A stretch of DNA of 64,000 bases from Podarcis erhardii (lineage: Eukaryota), in assembly GCA_964252035.1 (NCBI GenBank), contig OZ176208.1; one strand, given 5' to 3'. The notes below the pieces were generated by a model. The model made no database searches and was not told the origin of the DNA. It saw only the letters and a program-made list of their open reading frames with translations. The first letter of the stretch is position 1. Each line of letters opens with the position of its first letter. Both the position numbers and the translations under genes were made by a program. Below are positions 1 to 12,768 of this stretch, one piece after another.

Positions 1-45
1 TCTAGAAGTCAAACGTCAGAGTCCTGCACTGAAAGCGGTGGTTGA

Positions 46-1903
46 GGACTTCCGGGTTGACGCGATCGGTCTAATGGCGGATTCCCTCCGAGCTCCGGAG
101 GGAATCGGCTCCGCTGAAGACGGGTCTTGCCGCGCCGGCGACCCTTAGAAACCACAGGTGCTGATACCTGTGGACTTGGTGACTCAGTGGGCACCTTAAG
201 CGCCCTCCTCGACAATCGAAGAGCCTTTTTAAAGGCTGCGGAGAGGGTACGAGGAATGGCGTGGTGCTGGGAGTAGACCGCTACTTCAGTGGAGTGAAGC
301 CGCAAGCCATTACCGGAGAGCATCAACTTTCTTCCCGACATTTGGACTGGAAATAAATACCCCGTGAGTAGAAGGAAATTTGGACTTTAAAAGAAATTTA
401 TACCTTTAATTTGGAACGAACGGGGGGATGTGCTAAAGGGAAGTCCGCACCCCCCTACATACAGACAATTTAAAGCAAGGAGCGAAAACCTAAGATCGGA
501 ATAAAAAATTTCGTGTCTTTTGGGACTGATAAGAGATTCCATTAATTTGTGAGAACAAGCTTTTATTTATTTTTAAGTTGCGCTGGAGGGAAGAGGTGAA
601 CTTTGAAAACTTTTGTGTACCCCCCCCCTGGACCCGGGAGCGTCCTGCATCAACCTAGCGTGAAAGAACAGGAGTTTGACAGCTGTTAATTGAGCTGTCA
701 AACGGCTGGATCAAGATAAGAACTGCATTACTTTATATCTCTCCGATTTAAAGGTGTTACATTTAACTAGAAGTGGTTGGAAACAAAGTAAATAACAAGG
801 TATAAGACTGTTGGCAAAGAACTCTAACAATGGCAATCCCCCTAGGGGGAACCAGTGAAACTACAATGGCTGCAGAAGGAAAATTACTAGCACAAATAGA
901 AAGAGCCTTTTTTCTCGTGGGAACTTTACAAGAGCAAGCTATGGCTATGGACAAACAACTCACGACCTTGATCGCTAAAACAAGCAACCTTGCTGATGGA
1001 ACTAAGGATCTGACTCTGAAAGATTCTGCAGCTGAAACAGAAAAGATATCTTTGGAGCTGGTGGAAAAGGAGGCTGGAGGGGAAAAAGTACAGATAAAAA
1101 ATTTCGAACAGGACCTTTTGCAGTCAGGGAACAGAGAAGTTTTTTGGATTACAAACCATGAGAAGAGAAAAGCAAAGGAGGAAGCCATTGGACACTATGG
1201 AACATGGGAAGTTAAAAGAGTAAAGAAACATAACTGGGACTTCCTCCTCTTTTCTGGCTTGGATGACTTTGAAATTCGGGGACCCCTGGCAGAACCCTGG
1301 CAGCAAGCTTTTGCAATTAGGTTTGATTCGAGAAAAGATGAAGTGACTGTGACAGACATCCCTCGAGATCTGAAGACCAACAAAAAAGACTACCAACAGA
1401 ACAGACAGAGAGAGACTGAAAGAGACTTGAAGGCCTCTGATGTGAGGAATCCGGGCTAGGAGTTTCATGGGAGGACAGTTATTTGGGAAGGGACAGATAC
1501 CTGGGCAGGGAGGAAGGGGGAAAAACAGAATTCAAAAATTTTATGATTTTGGGGTTTTATAATTTTGATTTATATTTCAATATAAAAAAGGGAAATTTAT
1601 GGTATAAGAACCTTGATCGATCTTAGATAAAGGATCTAATGTATATAAGTGAATGGGACAATAAATTGGGCCTAACAGAAAGAATTAAGTCTAAACATAA
1701 TAAGAATAGGGTTAAGGAGAGAAACAAGAACTTGCTGAATTAAATATGGAAATTGGGATGTATGGGGGGTGGGGTGGGGGGAAGTCAGGGAAAGAGGGTT
1801 ATGAAAGTAAGGATATGAAAATATTCATGTGTGTTTTTCTTTTTTTTTGTATGTGTTGTTATAAAATGTGAAAATCCAATAAAAAATTTTTTAAAAAAAG
1901 AAA
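46..1903 (+). mobile_element. Full-length non-autonomous poly(A) retroposon, HAL1-like (ORF1-only L1 derivative)
   Basis: 15-bp TSD GAAAGCGGTGGTTGA (31-45, 1904-1918); CpG-rich 5' end GGACTTCCGG; one 209-aa ORF; G-rich tract near 1764-1781; AATAAA at 1878 plus A tail; no RT or EN. Confidence 0.75.
830..1459 (+). CDS. Retroposon-encoded 209-aa protein with N-terminal coiled-coil (possible divergent L1 ORF1p)
   Basis: Uninterrupted ORF inside the TSD-bounded element; heptad-like L/E/K/Q-rich N-half. The ORF1 identity is an inference. Confidence 0.5.
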   Translation: MAIPLGGTSETTMAAEGKLLAQIERAFFLVGTLQEQAMAMDKQLTTLIAKTSNLADGTKDLTLKDSAAETEKISLELVEKEAGGEKVQIKNFEQDLLQSGNREVFWITNHEKRKAKEEAIGHYGTWEVKRVKKHNWDFLLFSGLDDFEIRGPLAEPWQQAFAIRFDSRKDEVTVTDIPRDLKTNKKDYQQNRQRETERDLKASDVRNPG

Positions 1904-2065
1904 GAAAGCGGTGGTTGATTTAAGTTATGTGCAACTTCTTATGAAAAGGACAGATCAGAACATGGAGATAAAAAAAGAGAATTTACGAGCTGGAGATGAG
2001 TTCTGCAGAAATCCTTTTAACTGCTAATGGCTCACTATTCTGGAAACCAGGGCAAACCCCCACTC

Positions 2066-2218
2066 CCGCTGGTGTTCGGTCAGTAGGGCATGAGACTCTT
2101 AATCTCAGGGTCATGGGCTACGAGTCCCATGTTGGGCAAAAATATTCCTGCATTGCAGGGGGGCTGGACTAGATGACCCTTGAGGTCCCTTCCAGCTGTA
2201 CAACTCTGTGATTCTTTG
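2066..2218 (+). mobile_element. tRNA-Lys(CTT)-derived SINE with CR1-type tail
   Basis: Head GCATGAGACTCTTAATCTCAGGGTC..GAGTCCCATGTTGGGC followed by GGACTAGATGACCCTTGAGGTCCCTTCCAGC..TGTGATTC. Confidence 0.85.
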
Positions 2219-2348
2219 AAAGCTCACCCTGCCTGCCACCAAGAGGAAGGTACTTTTCCAAAGGGAAGACTGCCCCATCCCACCACCACTGGAAAACGGA
2301 AATCTTTCTTTAGGCTTCAAAATGAGGCCTATAGAAAAATATTCTGTT

Positions 2349-2356
2349 TAGGATAC
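2349..2356 (-). promoter_or_regulatory. U12 (minor spliceosome)-type 5' splice site, intron 66
   Basis: Intron starts GTATCCTA, matching the U12 consensus RTATCCTT at +1..+7. The other 41 donors are U2-type. Confidence 0.85.
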
Positions 2357-2517
2357 ATTGCTGAAATCCACTGGCTGGTGGAAGCACTGACAAAAAAGCA
2401 AGACAGACTCCACATTGCCATGGCGACCGGTGTTCTCTGCGTGAAGTTGGAAAGTGACAGCATCACCCAGTCACGGACCATGGAGGACTGGCCAGTGGTA
2501 TGCAATGTTTGAAATAC
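2357..2517 (-). CDS. HTT: HTT exon 66 (161 nt)
   Basis: tgcAG|GTA..CAAT|GTATCCTa; [53 protein letters not shown]. Confidence 0.97.
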
Positions 2518-3765
2518 CTGCAAGAGTTAAAACAGATAGATCATATGCGAAAGAAAATGTATATAAAGATTCTGCTGCAACAAACAGAAAGATATACCAT
2601 ACCCAGTTATATATAACTGCAGGGCTGGCTTTGTGTTTATGCTCTTAATCCAACAATTCAATGTCAATTTTCAGATTAATAATCCATAAATTATAAAACA
2701 AACTACATAAGGAACAAGTACATTAATTAGCAGACAGAATACTAGCACAAAACAGACTTAAAGCTAACAAATCTAGAAGGCTCGGGAAAATAAAAAGCCT
2801 TCACAAGCTCCACAGCTACATGGGTTGTGTATGCTTAAAAAATCTGCTTGATTTCTTCTTCTTTTGCTAGTCATGGAGGGGAACAATTCAGGGCCCTGTT
2901 GCGCCGGCAGTGATGCACAGCACTGGGAAGCCAGGTCAGCAATGTGGCCTCACTCTCTGCTGACGACCCAAACCCTGATTAAGTGTTGGGTGGGGGACAT
3001 TGACACATGAGCAGTACGGTAACTTGTTTCTTTAGCCATGATTAATCCTTCTAATGTTGTATTAAAAGCTACATAAACCTATTTTCCCCTAAGCAGTGCC
3101 ACATCATATGTCATGTACTCTTGCAGTAAATAAATAATTTGTTTTCGGTATTTCAACACTTTCCCCACAATGACTATTTTTAAAAAAAGATCTCACTAAC
3201 AGGACAATCCCAATGTAAATCAATGTGTTAGGGGAGAGAGGGGAGAATGAAAGACTGCATGCCCAAGTGCTGATGGATTCCAGCTTCTATCAGTAGAGCG
3301 AGCATGGTCCACAATCAGAACAGCTACACCTCTACGGCTGATTTAATTAACACCCTTGCTTTAATTATTCCATTCTTTTCCATACATAGAAAGGATTCTG
3401 AGCTGTGGAAAAGATGCATGAATGTGCTATTGGGGGTCTGAGACAGCATAGGAAACACCACTACAGATCCCAAATACCGTTTGTGTCGAGTTAGACTGCT
3501 GTTGACTCTAAAATAAAATTTTGTACCTTTCTTACATGATTTTATTTGTTTATAGAAGTATGTATATACTACCCTCTCATAAAATATCAGGGTGGTGTAC
3601 AGCAATATAAAAACACAAAAAATAAAGCAGTACAGACTAAACATTAACATGATGGGCTACTCAGTTTGATTTGAACATTAAATTAGAATCAGTATCAAAT
3701 AGATTTAAGAACTGTTACTTAAATGGGGTCTTATTTGTGCCTTTCCCCCCAATGTAACATTATCA

Positions 3766-4194
<429 letters not shown>

Positions 4195-5436
4195 TTAACA
4201 AGCAACTATCATATTTCTCAAATATTCAGCTTCATGTAACAAGATATATTCATCCCAGTCAGTGACCACAATAGAAAGGGCTTCCCTGCTCCATCCAGTG
4301 CTGATAAATTCTTTAGTGCAATCAGGGTGAGCTCCTATAAGATCTCTTAGGCTGAGGGGTTCATAACACAACTTCTTTTTAATGAACCATCACAGCTATT
4401 TTGGAACTCTCAGACTGCTCATCTGGAGCAAATGAGCTTCTCAGACAGCACTTTTAGCAATAGAATATGAGTTTTTAAAAGTATTCTAAAAAACAGTAGG
4501 ACTTCTCTAGGTAATGTAGATCCTGGGGAATGTGGAATGGCAGAGAGCTCTCAGGCCACTGCTGGTTCCTTTGGGAGCTAATGAGCGCAAGCTTTCCAGC
4601 TGGAGCATCTTCTCTTCTGCTTTCCCACAGGGCACAAAGTTAGAGACAACCAGCTGTCTATGTGGATGTGTGTCCATCACATTGTAACCACTTGATAAAC
4701 AGACGTTTGTCTTTTCAGCCGTTTTGTTTTTCAGCTGTGACAGGCTTCTATAAACGACTTACGGGCTCTAAAAATGGAAATATTGCACTTTCTCCAAATG
4801 TGTATTATTCTGCTGATGTAGGGGAAATAAAGTGGTCTGGAAAACCTACAACTACATTTTGCGATCAGTTCATTATGAAAGCATTACCAATCATGGTTTA
4901 TAGGATCATAAAATACATGCTTGATTATTTCTAATAAAAATATATGTGGCTGTTCCACTGTTGACACATTGAGTATTGACTAGGTGTAGGATTTTCAGCA
5001 ATTAAATCAATCTTGAGAGACTTAGTTTCAGATAACAAAGGGATTAGCTTGATATATGTGCACACATCCAAAATCTCTGCATTGAATTTACATTAGATTC
5101 ATATTCCTGGAAATGGAATTTACTTGTATGCTTTATCATGACATTTTGTCCCAGAAAGATGGCTGGGCTACTGGGATCGGCCAAAAGGTTGCCATTTTTT
5201 CTTCTTTTCACAAAGGAAGGCAGTGTGTGTGTGTGTGGGGGGGAATCTTTTGGACATTTCAACTTTCAAGACAAAACCCACCTCCCCTGACGATTCTTAA
5301 AAATCTATCCTCCTAACCTGCCATGAAAGTGTTTGTGGGGCATATCTGACATACCTTTAATCTCACCTATAAATACAATCCCTGCCAATTACATTTTCTT
5401 TAAAACAACATTTTCTTTTAAACAACCATTTCCTAC

Positions 5437-5542
5437 CTGTCAAAAAGAACAGAAACTCGCTCCATAGCCACAATGACAGACTCGCTGTCTGGAGCTGCTT
5501 GGTTTTGATCTGCAACTCGTCCTGGACTTATCTTCTCTTTTC
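5437..5542 (-). CDS. HTT: HTT exon 64 (106 nt)
   Basis: tttAG|GA..CAG|GTagga; [35 protein letters not shown]. Confidence 0.97.
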
Positions 5543-6149
5543 CTAAAGGCAAAATACCAAGAAAACACAGTTTTAACATACAGTACAAGGGAACCAGATA
5601 ATTAAAATAAAGGTAGTTAAAGTAATACAGGCACCAGAATGAGGGACTGGCATCCATTGGCTTAGTGCTACAAATGCCCTGAGGTTGGCCCCAGCCAACT
5701 CAGGATTACCAGAGTTTGAATGCTGAATATGGAACCACCATTCATTATATAACTTCCTGCCTGGCCTGACTAAATAGCCAGGAAGGGAGCCCACCATCAT
5801 TGCTGAAGTGCCCTGATATTAAGACAAGTTCTCTAAGGAAGAGGGCAGCACTGAGCTATCTCTGTTTGAATGTGCTTTCTGGCATCCCAGAACAGCTTCA
5901 CTTCTAGAAAGCTTATTTATGCCATAGTGGGTATGAAAGCCACAAACTCTTGTCGTCAACGTACCCGGCAGAGAAGCTACCCACTTTGCACTTGGACCAC
6001 AATCTTAGAAATATTGAAGAGGTCCTTGGGTAGGTGTTCCCTGTGCTATGTTGTAAAAAGCACCAAAGGGGGTGGGGGTGGGGAACCAAAATACATCCTG
6101 GAGATAACAGTTTGGGATTGAGACTAGGTGTTGAATTGTCCTGCTGAAG

Positions 6150-6419
6150 GCTTGATGTTTCTCTAAATCCCTCAAGCAAGGCGATGCTACAAGGAACCAG
6201 GCAGAGGGCCTTCTCGGTAGTGGCGCCTGCCCTGTGGTATGCCCTCCCATCAGATGTCAAGGAAATAAACAACTATCTGACTTTTAGAAGACATCTGAAG
6301 GCAGTCCTGTTTAGAGAAGTTTTTAATGTTTGAAGTTTTGTTCTGTTTTTAATGTTCTGTTGAAAGCCGCCCAGAGTGGCTGAGGAAACCCAGCCAGGTG
6401 AGTGGGGCAGAAATAATAA

Positions 6420-6465
<46 letters not shown>
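6150..6465 (+). mobile_element. L2-clade LINE 3' fragment with (ATT)n tail
   Basis: Encodes RAFSVVAPALW-type C-terminus; same family as 54152 and 49159. Confidence 0.8.
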
Positions 6466-6854
6466 GGCAAATTCCAGAGGGTAAACTCCAGACACTGTCC
6501 TCTGGACACATGTAATTAGAAGTTGAGAAACAAGTGGAAGATTGGTTAGATTTCTTGCCCGATGACCTGAAGATGCAGTTCCATCGAGGCTTGAATACTC
6601 CAAAGGTATGTGCTTGTTGATAAAGAGGCTTGTTGGATTTTTTATTCCCACTTGTCCCTTTTTTGGCTGTCAGCAACATGGGTGTATATGTGCGTGTGTC
6701 TAGTTTCGGTGACGACTGCCTCAACTGGCTCACCAAATACTTCAGTTCTTGCAAAAGGGAAACTTGCCAGTCTGGCCCAGATCTATGTCCTAGTTCCTCT
6801 GCCAAATTATTCTTCTGGCCACTGAGTTCTCTATCATTGCCTTGGATCTTAGAT

Positions 6855-7329
6855 TATGGGTCGGCAAACTAAGGCCGGGGGGCCAAATCCAGCCCAATTG
6901 CTTCTGGATCCGGCCCGCGGACAGTCCAGGAATGGCCGCATGGATTCTGATCATTTGGGCCGCGCCATTTCCACCCCCCTCCCTCTCGCACACCATGGTG
7001 GCGCCTCCTCCCTCCCTCCTCCTGACTTCTCCCTGCCCTGCCTAGGGGAGGAAGGGGGCTGGGCTTCATTGAGCCACGGTTGGCTGAACGCCATTTTAAG
7101 CAGCCCCTCTCCGGAGCCAGCCCTTTCGCACCATTTATCGTCCCTGTGCTGCTGCCAGCCCCTGCCACTCGCAAGGCACAGGTAAGCAGCCACACAGGTA
7201 AGCAGCCACTGGGGCTTGTCCGGTGCTGTGGAGAAGGGAGGGGAGAGTAATGGGGGGGGTATCCATTTCCCCCCAAAAAATATAGTCCGGGCCCCCACAA
7301 GGTCTGCGGAAAAAGTTTGCTGACCCTTG
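6855..7329. mobile_element. hAT non-autonomous element (MITE)
   Basis: 16-bp imperfect TIR (tatgggtcggcaaact / agtttgctgacccttg); 8-bp TSD TCTTAGAT (6847-6854, 7330-7337). Confidence 0.85.
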
Positions 7330-7624
7330 TCTTAGATGATGTCCAAGGAAGAATCTGCTAGCAGGTTATAGAAAGTACCATCTTTTTGAAACCATCTCTC
7401 ACTGGCCCACTTTACCTACACATCATGGGGCAATAATTAGAAAGTGGGAGGCAACAGAAGTAATCTAGCATTTATTTCACTGTTGGGTCAGGATTACCTT
7501 GATAATCCTTACTCCAGAGAATATGAAAAAAAGTAAATGTATGTGCTATGAAAACAGTTTCTGGGAAGTGTTCCTTTATGAGGTGTGCATTTTCAGCACT
7601 GAAAACATGTGAAGAGATCCATAC

Positions 7625-7838
7625 CTGTATACATGCATGTCAGCATTAACCCCAATGCTGCCATGGCTCTGTGTGGGCTGTGCACATTCACTCTGTCTAC
7701 ACTCAGTTTAACTAATGATTCACAATCCAGCCTTGAGAGTTGTTCTGAAAGGAGGAGCCGTTCTAACCCTCTCAAGACACAGTGATAAATAATGGATGGT
7801 GTCAATTCTTCACTTCCAGACAACATCACTCCACACAT
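7625..7838 (-). CDS. HTT: HTT exon 63 (214 nt)
   Basis: ttcAG|ATG..CAG|GTatgg; [39 protein letters not shown]...[10 protein letters not shown]. Confidence 0.97.
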
Positions 7839-8627
7839 CTGAAACAAACAGGAAATAAATTTAAATATCCATAGGCAGGTGTGGAATCGCAACAATAAGG
7901 TCAATATGTGAAACTCAATTTAAAGTACAACAGAGCTCAGCAACAGCAAATCCATTATGACAAAGCGCCATTTATTACCACTATGAAGCACAGTGAAGTC
8001 TAGAACCACACTGGGCTCCCCTCTCTCACAAGCATTTTCACAGATTATACCCCCAAAGAGGGCTTCTTCTCAGACTGAAGTGGCAGGAAACTATCCAACT
8101 TGCTCGACATTTCCCCTTATTCCCAAATAGCTCATTCACAAGATGGTGGAAAATAACTATGACACAGTGGCAGGTTTCTAATGTGGTTTGGTATTCACCA
8201 GTATTATAATGAAGTGAATCTTAAGAAGGTGCACGGAAGGTTCAGTGGAGTCACCTGTCACATTTTGCAGCAGACAAAAGTGGGCAAAGGTACAAGAGAA
8301 ACATGAGGATACAAACACACAGCCAAGCTCTACCTGATAAACCTTAACCACAGCGGACACAAAATCTCCTTACATGCGGCTGTGAAATTCGACCTCCAAA
8401 AGTGTTTTCAGTCTGGTAACTGAGGTCGCACCAGCTCTCAGCTATGCTCTCCAAAAATAGGCTAGATTCACACCACTTAATGCATAGTAAGTACACAAGC
8501 AGACTATTATGGGTTGAAGGTCATTTCCTTATATTCTGCCATGGTCATTTATGCTAATTGATCAATTCTATTTTACTTCTCAAGATAAAAGCAAATGCAA
8601 AGTCTTTCTTTCACACGCCATACCTAC

Positions 8628-8742
8628 CTGTATAATTCCTGAAGAGAATTCAGGCCCTACATCAAGAGGATAGTTTTCTATTAAATAGAAGGCCACAGCA
8701 CACATTACCAAGACATGCTGCTGGTTGTGGGCGTTCACACAA
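8628..8742 (-). CDS. HTT: HTT exon 62 (115 nt)
   Basis: aacAG|T..CAG|GTaggt; [38 protein letters not shown]. Confidence 0.97.
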
Positions 8743-9216
8743 CTGTTAAAAAGGAGAAACATTGATATATCAGTGGGCTGGAGTCTTCCCATAGAGTGTT
8801 AAAATCAAGTGCTCTGTTCTATAATCCTTACATAGCTGGAACTACAACTCTTTCTAATGAGACTCAGAAAAAGTGACTAGAAGAAATAACTGTTTTATGG
8901 TTCTTGTAGCATTTTTTTTTTAAAAAAAATTAAATATACAATATCTATCAAACCAACTGTTTGCTCTTGTTCAAAAGGAAGTTTCCCTGGCTAGGTGACT
9001 GGTAGCCACATATTTATGCAAGATCAAAGTATCATAAGATGCTAACAATTTCTAAAGTTTTACCCACTGTTTCAAGCTTGCTGATAACTTTTACTAAAAT
9101 GCTCATTAAAGCAGACTGAAGAGGTTAACCACATCAGGTTGTGTTGCATTTTCAGTTCCATAGCTCAGAAATTCTGTTAAATGAAGGCCACAGCACATCA
9201 TTACATAAACACCTAC

Positions 9217-9407
9217 TGTGATATTCCTCTTAGATTGGAAAGCAGATATTCAGAGATGATTGGAATAAGCTGCTTTGCTGTTTCATCAAGCAGGTCACAC
9301 TCAAGGATGTAAAGAATTCCATGCAGGGCTCCTATGCGGCTTGGCATGTGAGTGCTGCGTAATGTTGATTCCAGCAGGCGGCTCACGGGCTCTGCTACCA
9401 CTTTATC
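9217..9407 (-). CDS. HTT: HTT exon 61 (191 nt)
   Basis: actAG|GAT..ACA|GTaggt; [63 protein letters not shown]. Confidence 0.97.
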
Positions 9408-11612
9408 CTAGTGGGTGTGAAACAATTAGATGCAAAATTGTGCTGAATTAATTTACAAGCTGGCAACTATAAAGTTAGTAACAATTAACATAAAATAATG
9501 ATGCAAAAGTTTATAAAATCCATAAAATATTCTAAAGTATGATGAAATACGTCCAAGTCATTAACATTCTATCCATTTACTGACATGTGGTATTATTTTG
9601 AAGGAAAACAGCTTTATATTGAAATACATGACACCAGTAATTCCTGGTGTGTCATTTGGTAAGCTAAAGGTCCGAGTCCTCTTATATTGTGTCCTGGGAA
9701 GTAAATGTGGTTTGAATGCTTGGAAGATTCTGCCCCTTACACATTATGCTAAAATCAAGAGAAAGACTGGGGAGAAGGGCCAGAATCTGGAAAGAAAACT
9801 GGAAAAATGTCCAAAGGACGTTCTGTCCCCAAGGGCCATGAGCCAGGAGACCTGGTCATTTATACAGACACCCTACTCTGCTCCCCCACTTTCACTCCTT
9901 AAGAAGAAAATGATGTCACTGACATCTGTTCTAATCAGCACTTTCCAACTGGTGGGTTGCAAGGCCTGTGCATGGGACTTATAAGTAAACCCCAAATAAT
10001 TTTTGCTTGTAATCTTTAACTAGTATGATGAATACCTCTTCCAACTTTTTGTTTTCTTGGCATATTATAATGCAATGTTGACATATGTAACCGAATGTCA
10101 GAAAGGCACCAAAAAACCCCCACAACTTTTTGAATAACTTTGTAAGTACTTTGTAAGTAAACCACATCAATAGGGGTGTTCAGTAAATTTAATAGGCAAT
10201 TTTGCAGGTTAAAATGCACTAAACCAATGGCTGCTGAAGAACAAAGGTCCAAACTTCATGGGACAATAAATCAATTGATCACCATACCAAGTAAATTTAG
10301 ACTTGTGGGCCACCATACCTAAAAGGCAACCATTGCTCTAGATTGACAAATTCCAGTGTGCTTTGCTAAGATCTTGGGGGGGTGGGGGTGGGAGAATGTA
10401 GGTATTTTTTGGCCTCTTGCATTCTAGACTTGATAGTTCGACAACTAGAGTAAGACATTAAATTATGTCATTTTCTGCAGTGGCTCCCCATCTGTGCAAT
10501 GCTCTCCCCAGGGAGGTTCGCCTGGCACCTTCATTGTACACTTTTTAGGCGCCAGGCAAAAATGTTCCTCTCCAACCAGGCCTTTGACTGATTAGCATCC
10601 AATGCCCTTTAAAAATGTGTTGGGGAGGGGGTTAATAAAAGAGATAGAACAGTTATCTGCACACAGATGATACCAAACTCCAGTTGATGTTTCCCCATGA
10701 GATGTTAAATAGATCAGCGAGAGCCGGAAAACAAACCGCTCCTTCAGGCAGGAGAGAGAGAAATGAGGCGTGACCACGCCTGCTTCCCAGAGTTCTTTGC
10801 TCTCTTGCCTCCATCACGTGACGAGATAATACCCAACCCATTCATAGCATCAGCAACCACCTCCAATCCCTGAAGAAGAACAGGACCACACAGCTACTAT
10901 AGAGCTACCACGCTCCAAGACCACATTCTGGAACCAGCAATACAGGCAGGAAGTGGAGCACAGTGCCCTGAAGGATACCATGGTCAAGAAAGGAAGCCAC
11001 AGATGTCTCTCCTGAGAGGAAGGAGATTCTTCCTCCTGCTTGCATGGCACCCTCTCTATCTAATCTTACACTGCATTTAAGGAAGGGAAAGAGGAGAGGG
11101 GCAGCTTTAGTGTCAAATGCAGTCTATGTGCTATTTGGCGCTACCCAAATAGGAACTGTAAGGAAGACATTTTATACTTTTCCACATGTATACAAGAGCA
11201 ACTTCTGGAAGAGTCTGTTGTCTTGCCCTTATGATGAAAATTATTATTTTGAATTGTATTGTATTGTTTTGATGAATTTATTGTTGCTTGCTTTATTTAT
11301 ATGTAACTTGTGGTTGATATGATAGTGTTTACAATGGTTCACCCCTCCTAATGCTATTGTGATTATTGTAAGCCACTTCGTGCTCAACATTTGTTATTGG
11401 AAAAATTGAATACAAATATGAAATCAAATCAAACTTATTAAAAAGCTGCTGAGAATTCTAACAGAATCAACAGGGATGTACTCCTCTTGGTTAAGCTCCC
11501 ATGAAAGTCATCCATACCAGAAGATCAACAGCTGATTCAGTCCCATTACTGGGCCAAAAACCAGACTGAAATGGAACTGGGAAATGACTTTTTAAATTAA
11601 AAGAAATCTTAC

Positions 11613-11768
11613 CATTCCAAGAACGGCAGCTGCCTTACATGTAGCTGGAACCAAATACTGTATAAGGATTTCATCTTCTGATGGGTGTGTCTTCCGCAGT
11701 TCTGTTAATGTTGTGTACATCATTTCAAACTGATTCCTTTCTGTAAATAAGTCAGATACTGCTAAAAG
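11613..11768 (-). CDS. HTT: HTT exon 60 (156 nt)
   Basis: tgcAG|CTT..ATG|GTaaga; [52 protein letters not shown]. Confidence 0.97.
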
Positions 11769-12526
11769 CTGCAAGTACAAGAAACATTACAAATTAAGTC
11801 TTTTAAAAGTTGTTTATATAACAAGTCATTTCAATCAAGTATATATAACATATATGAATGCAACTTTACTAGAAAGAAGCTCAAATGTAAAAATGTTAAA
11901 ATATTTCATTATTTTTTTAAAAAAAATGTGTGTGTTAAGATTAATCACAAAAAGAACACTGAGATCACTGAGAGAGTTCTTTCTCTGCTTCTGAGATGGA
12001 GGTTACATTGGACTTTGGAGATAGCTAATGAAGCAGCCTTTTTTCTCCACCAGTAGGAGAGATTCCCTCCCAGTTCGAGATATGTGGCAACTGGGAAATC
12101 CATTCTGTTTTTATAACTGTGTGTTATATTGTGGTAAACTGACCTGAGACCTTTTGGTTAAGGAAGAGTGAAAAATCCTATGAAGAAATTTTTAAAAATA
12201 AAATCCCTACACATCCAGAATACTTACATGCAGCTATTTAATTGGTAGCCTTGAGCTGACTTTAAAGAACCATACCCCCCCAAAATGGGGAGGGGAGAAG
12301 TGATACATTAAAGTTTGTAATTTGGGATCATATTATAGGGTGGTATCTTTCATCAGGCAGATGAAGCACTTTCATTGCTTGCAATCCTTTGCTGCTTTTC
12401 CAACCTCTATCCTTGTTTTGTTTGCTTTTCCCATTCTTTCAAAGGATCATCTACCACCTTCCTCACCAATAGTAATGGTGTCCAATTTCCTTTTTTGTAG
12501 AGATGCTATCAACCACCTTAGATATA

Positions 12527-12768
12527 CAGTGGTACCTTGGTTCTCGAAGTTAATCCATTCTGGGAGTCCGTTTGACTCCTAAAACTGTTTAAAAACCAAG
12601 GCACAGTTTCCAATTGGCTGCAGGAGCTTCCTGCACTCAAGCGGAAGCTGCGTCAGACGTTCAGCTTCCGAAAAACATTCACAAACTGGAACACTTACTT
12701 CCGGGTTTGTGGCATTCGGGAGCTGATTTGTTCGGAAGCCAAGCCGTTTGAGTACCAAGGTACCACTG
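12527..12768. mobile_element. Tc1/mariner (Tigger/pogo-like) MITE
   Basis: TIR CAGTGGTACCTTGG / CCAAGGTACCACTG with TA duplication. Confidence 0.9.

Noticed and set aside
9-341. 110-aa minus-strand ORF as HTT exon 67
   Set aside because: No similarity to the HTT C-terminus (LPHVISRMGK...). It lies in the GC-rich 5' UTR of the retroposon, and exon 67 is outside the window.
6421-6465. CRISPR-like or coding trinucleotide repeat (poly-N / poly-I ORFs)
   Set aside because: A simple (ATT)n L2 tail in a eukaryotic intron; no repeat-spacer structure.
6842-7300. Cluster of overlapping ORFs
   Set aside because: GC-rich hAT MITE interior with few stop codons.
10814-10822. TCACGTGAC (CLEAR/E-box-like) motif
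   Set aside because: A single intronic hit is expected by chance.
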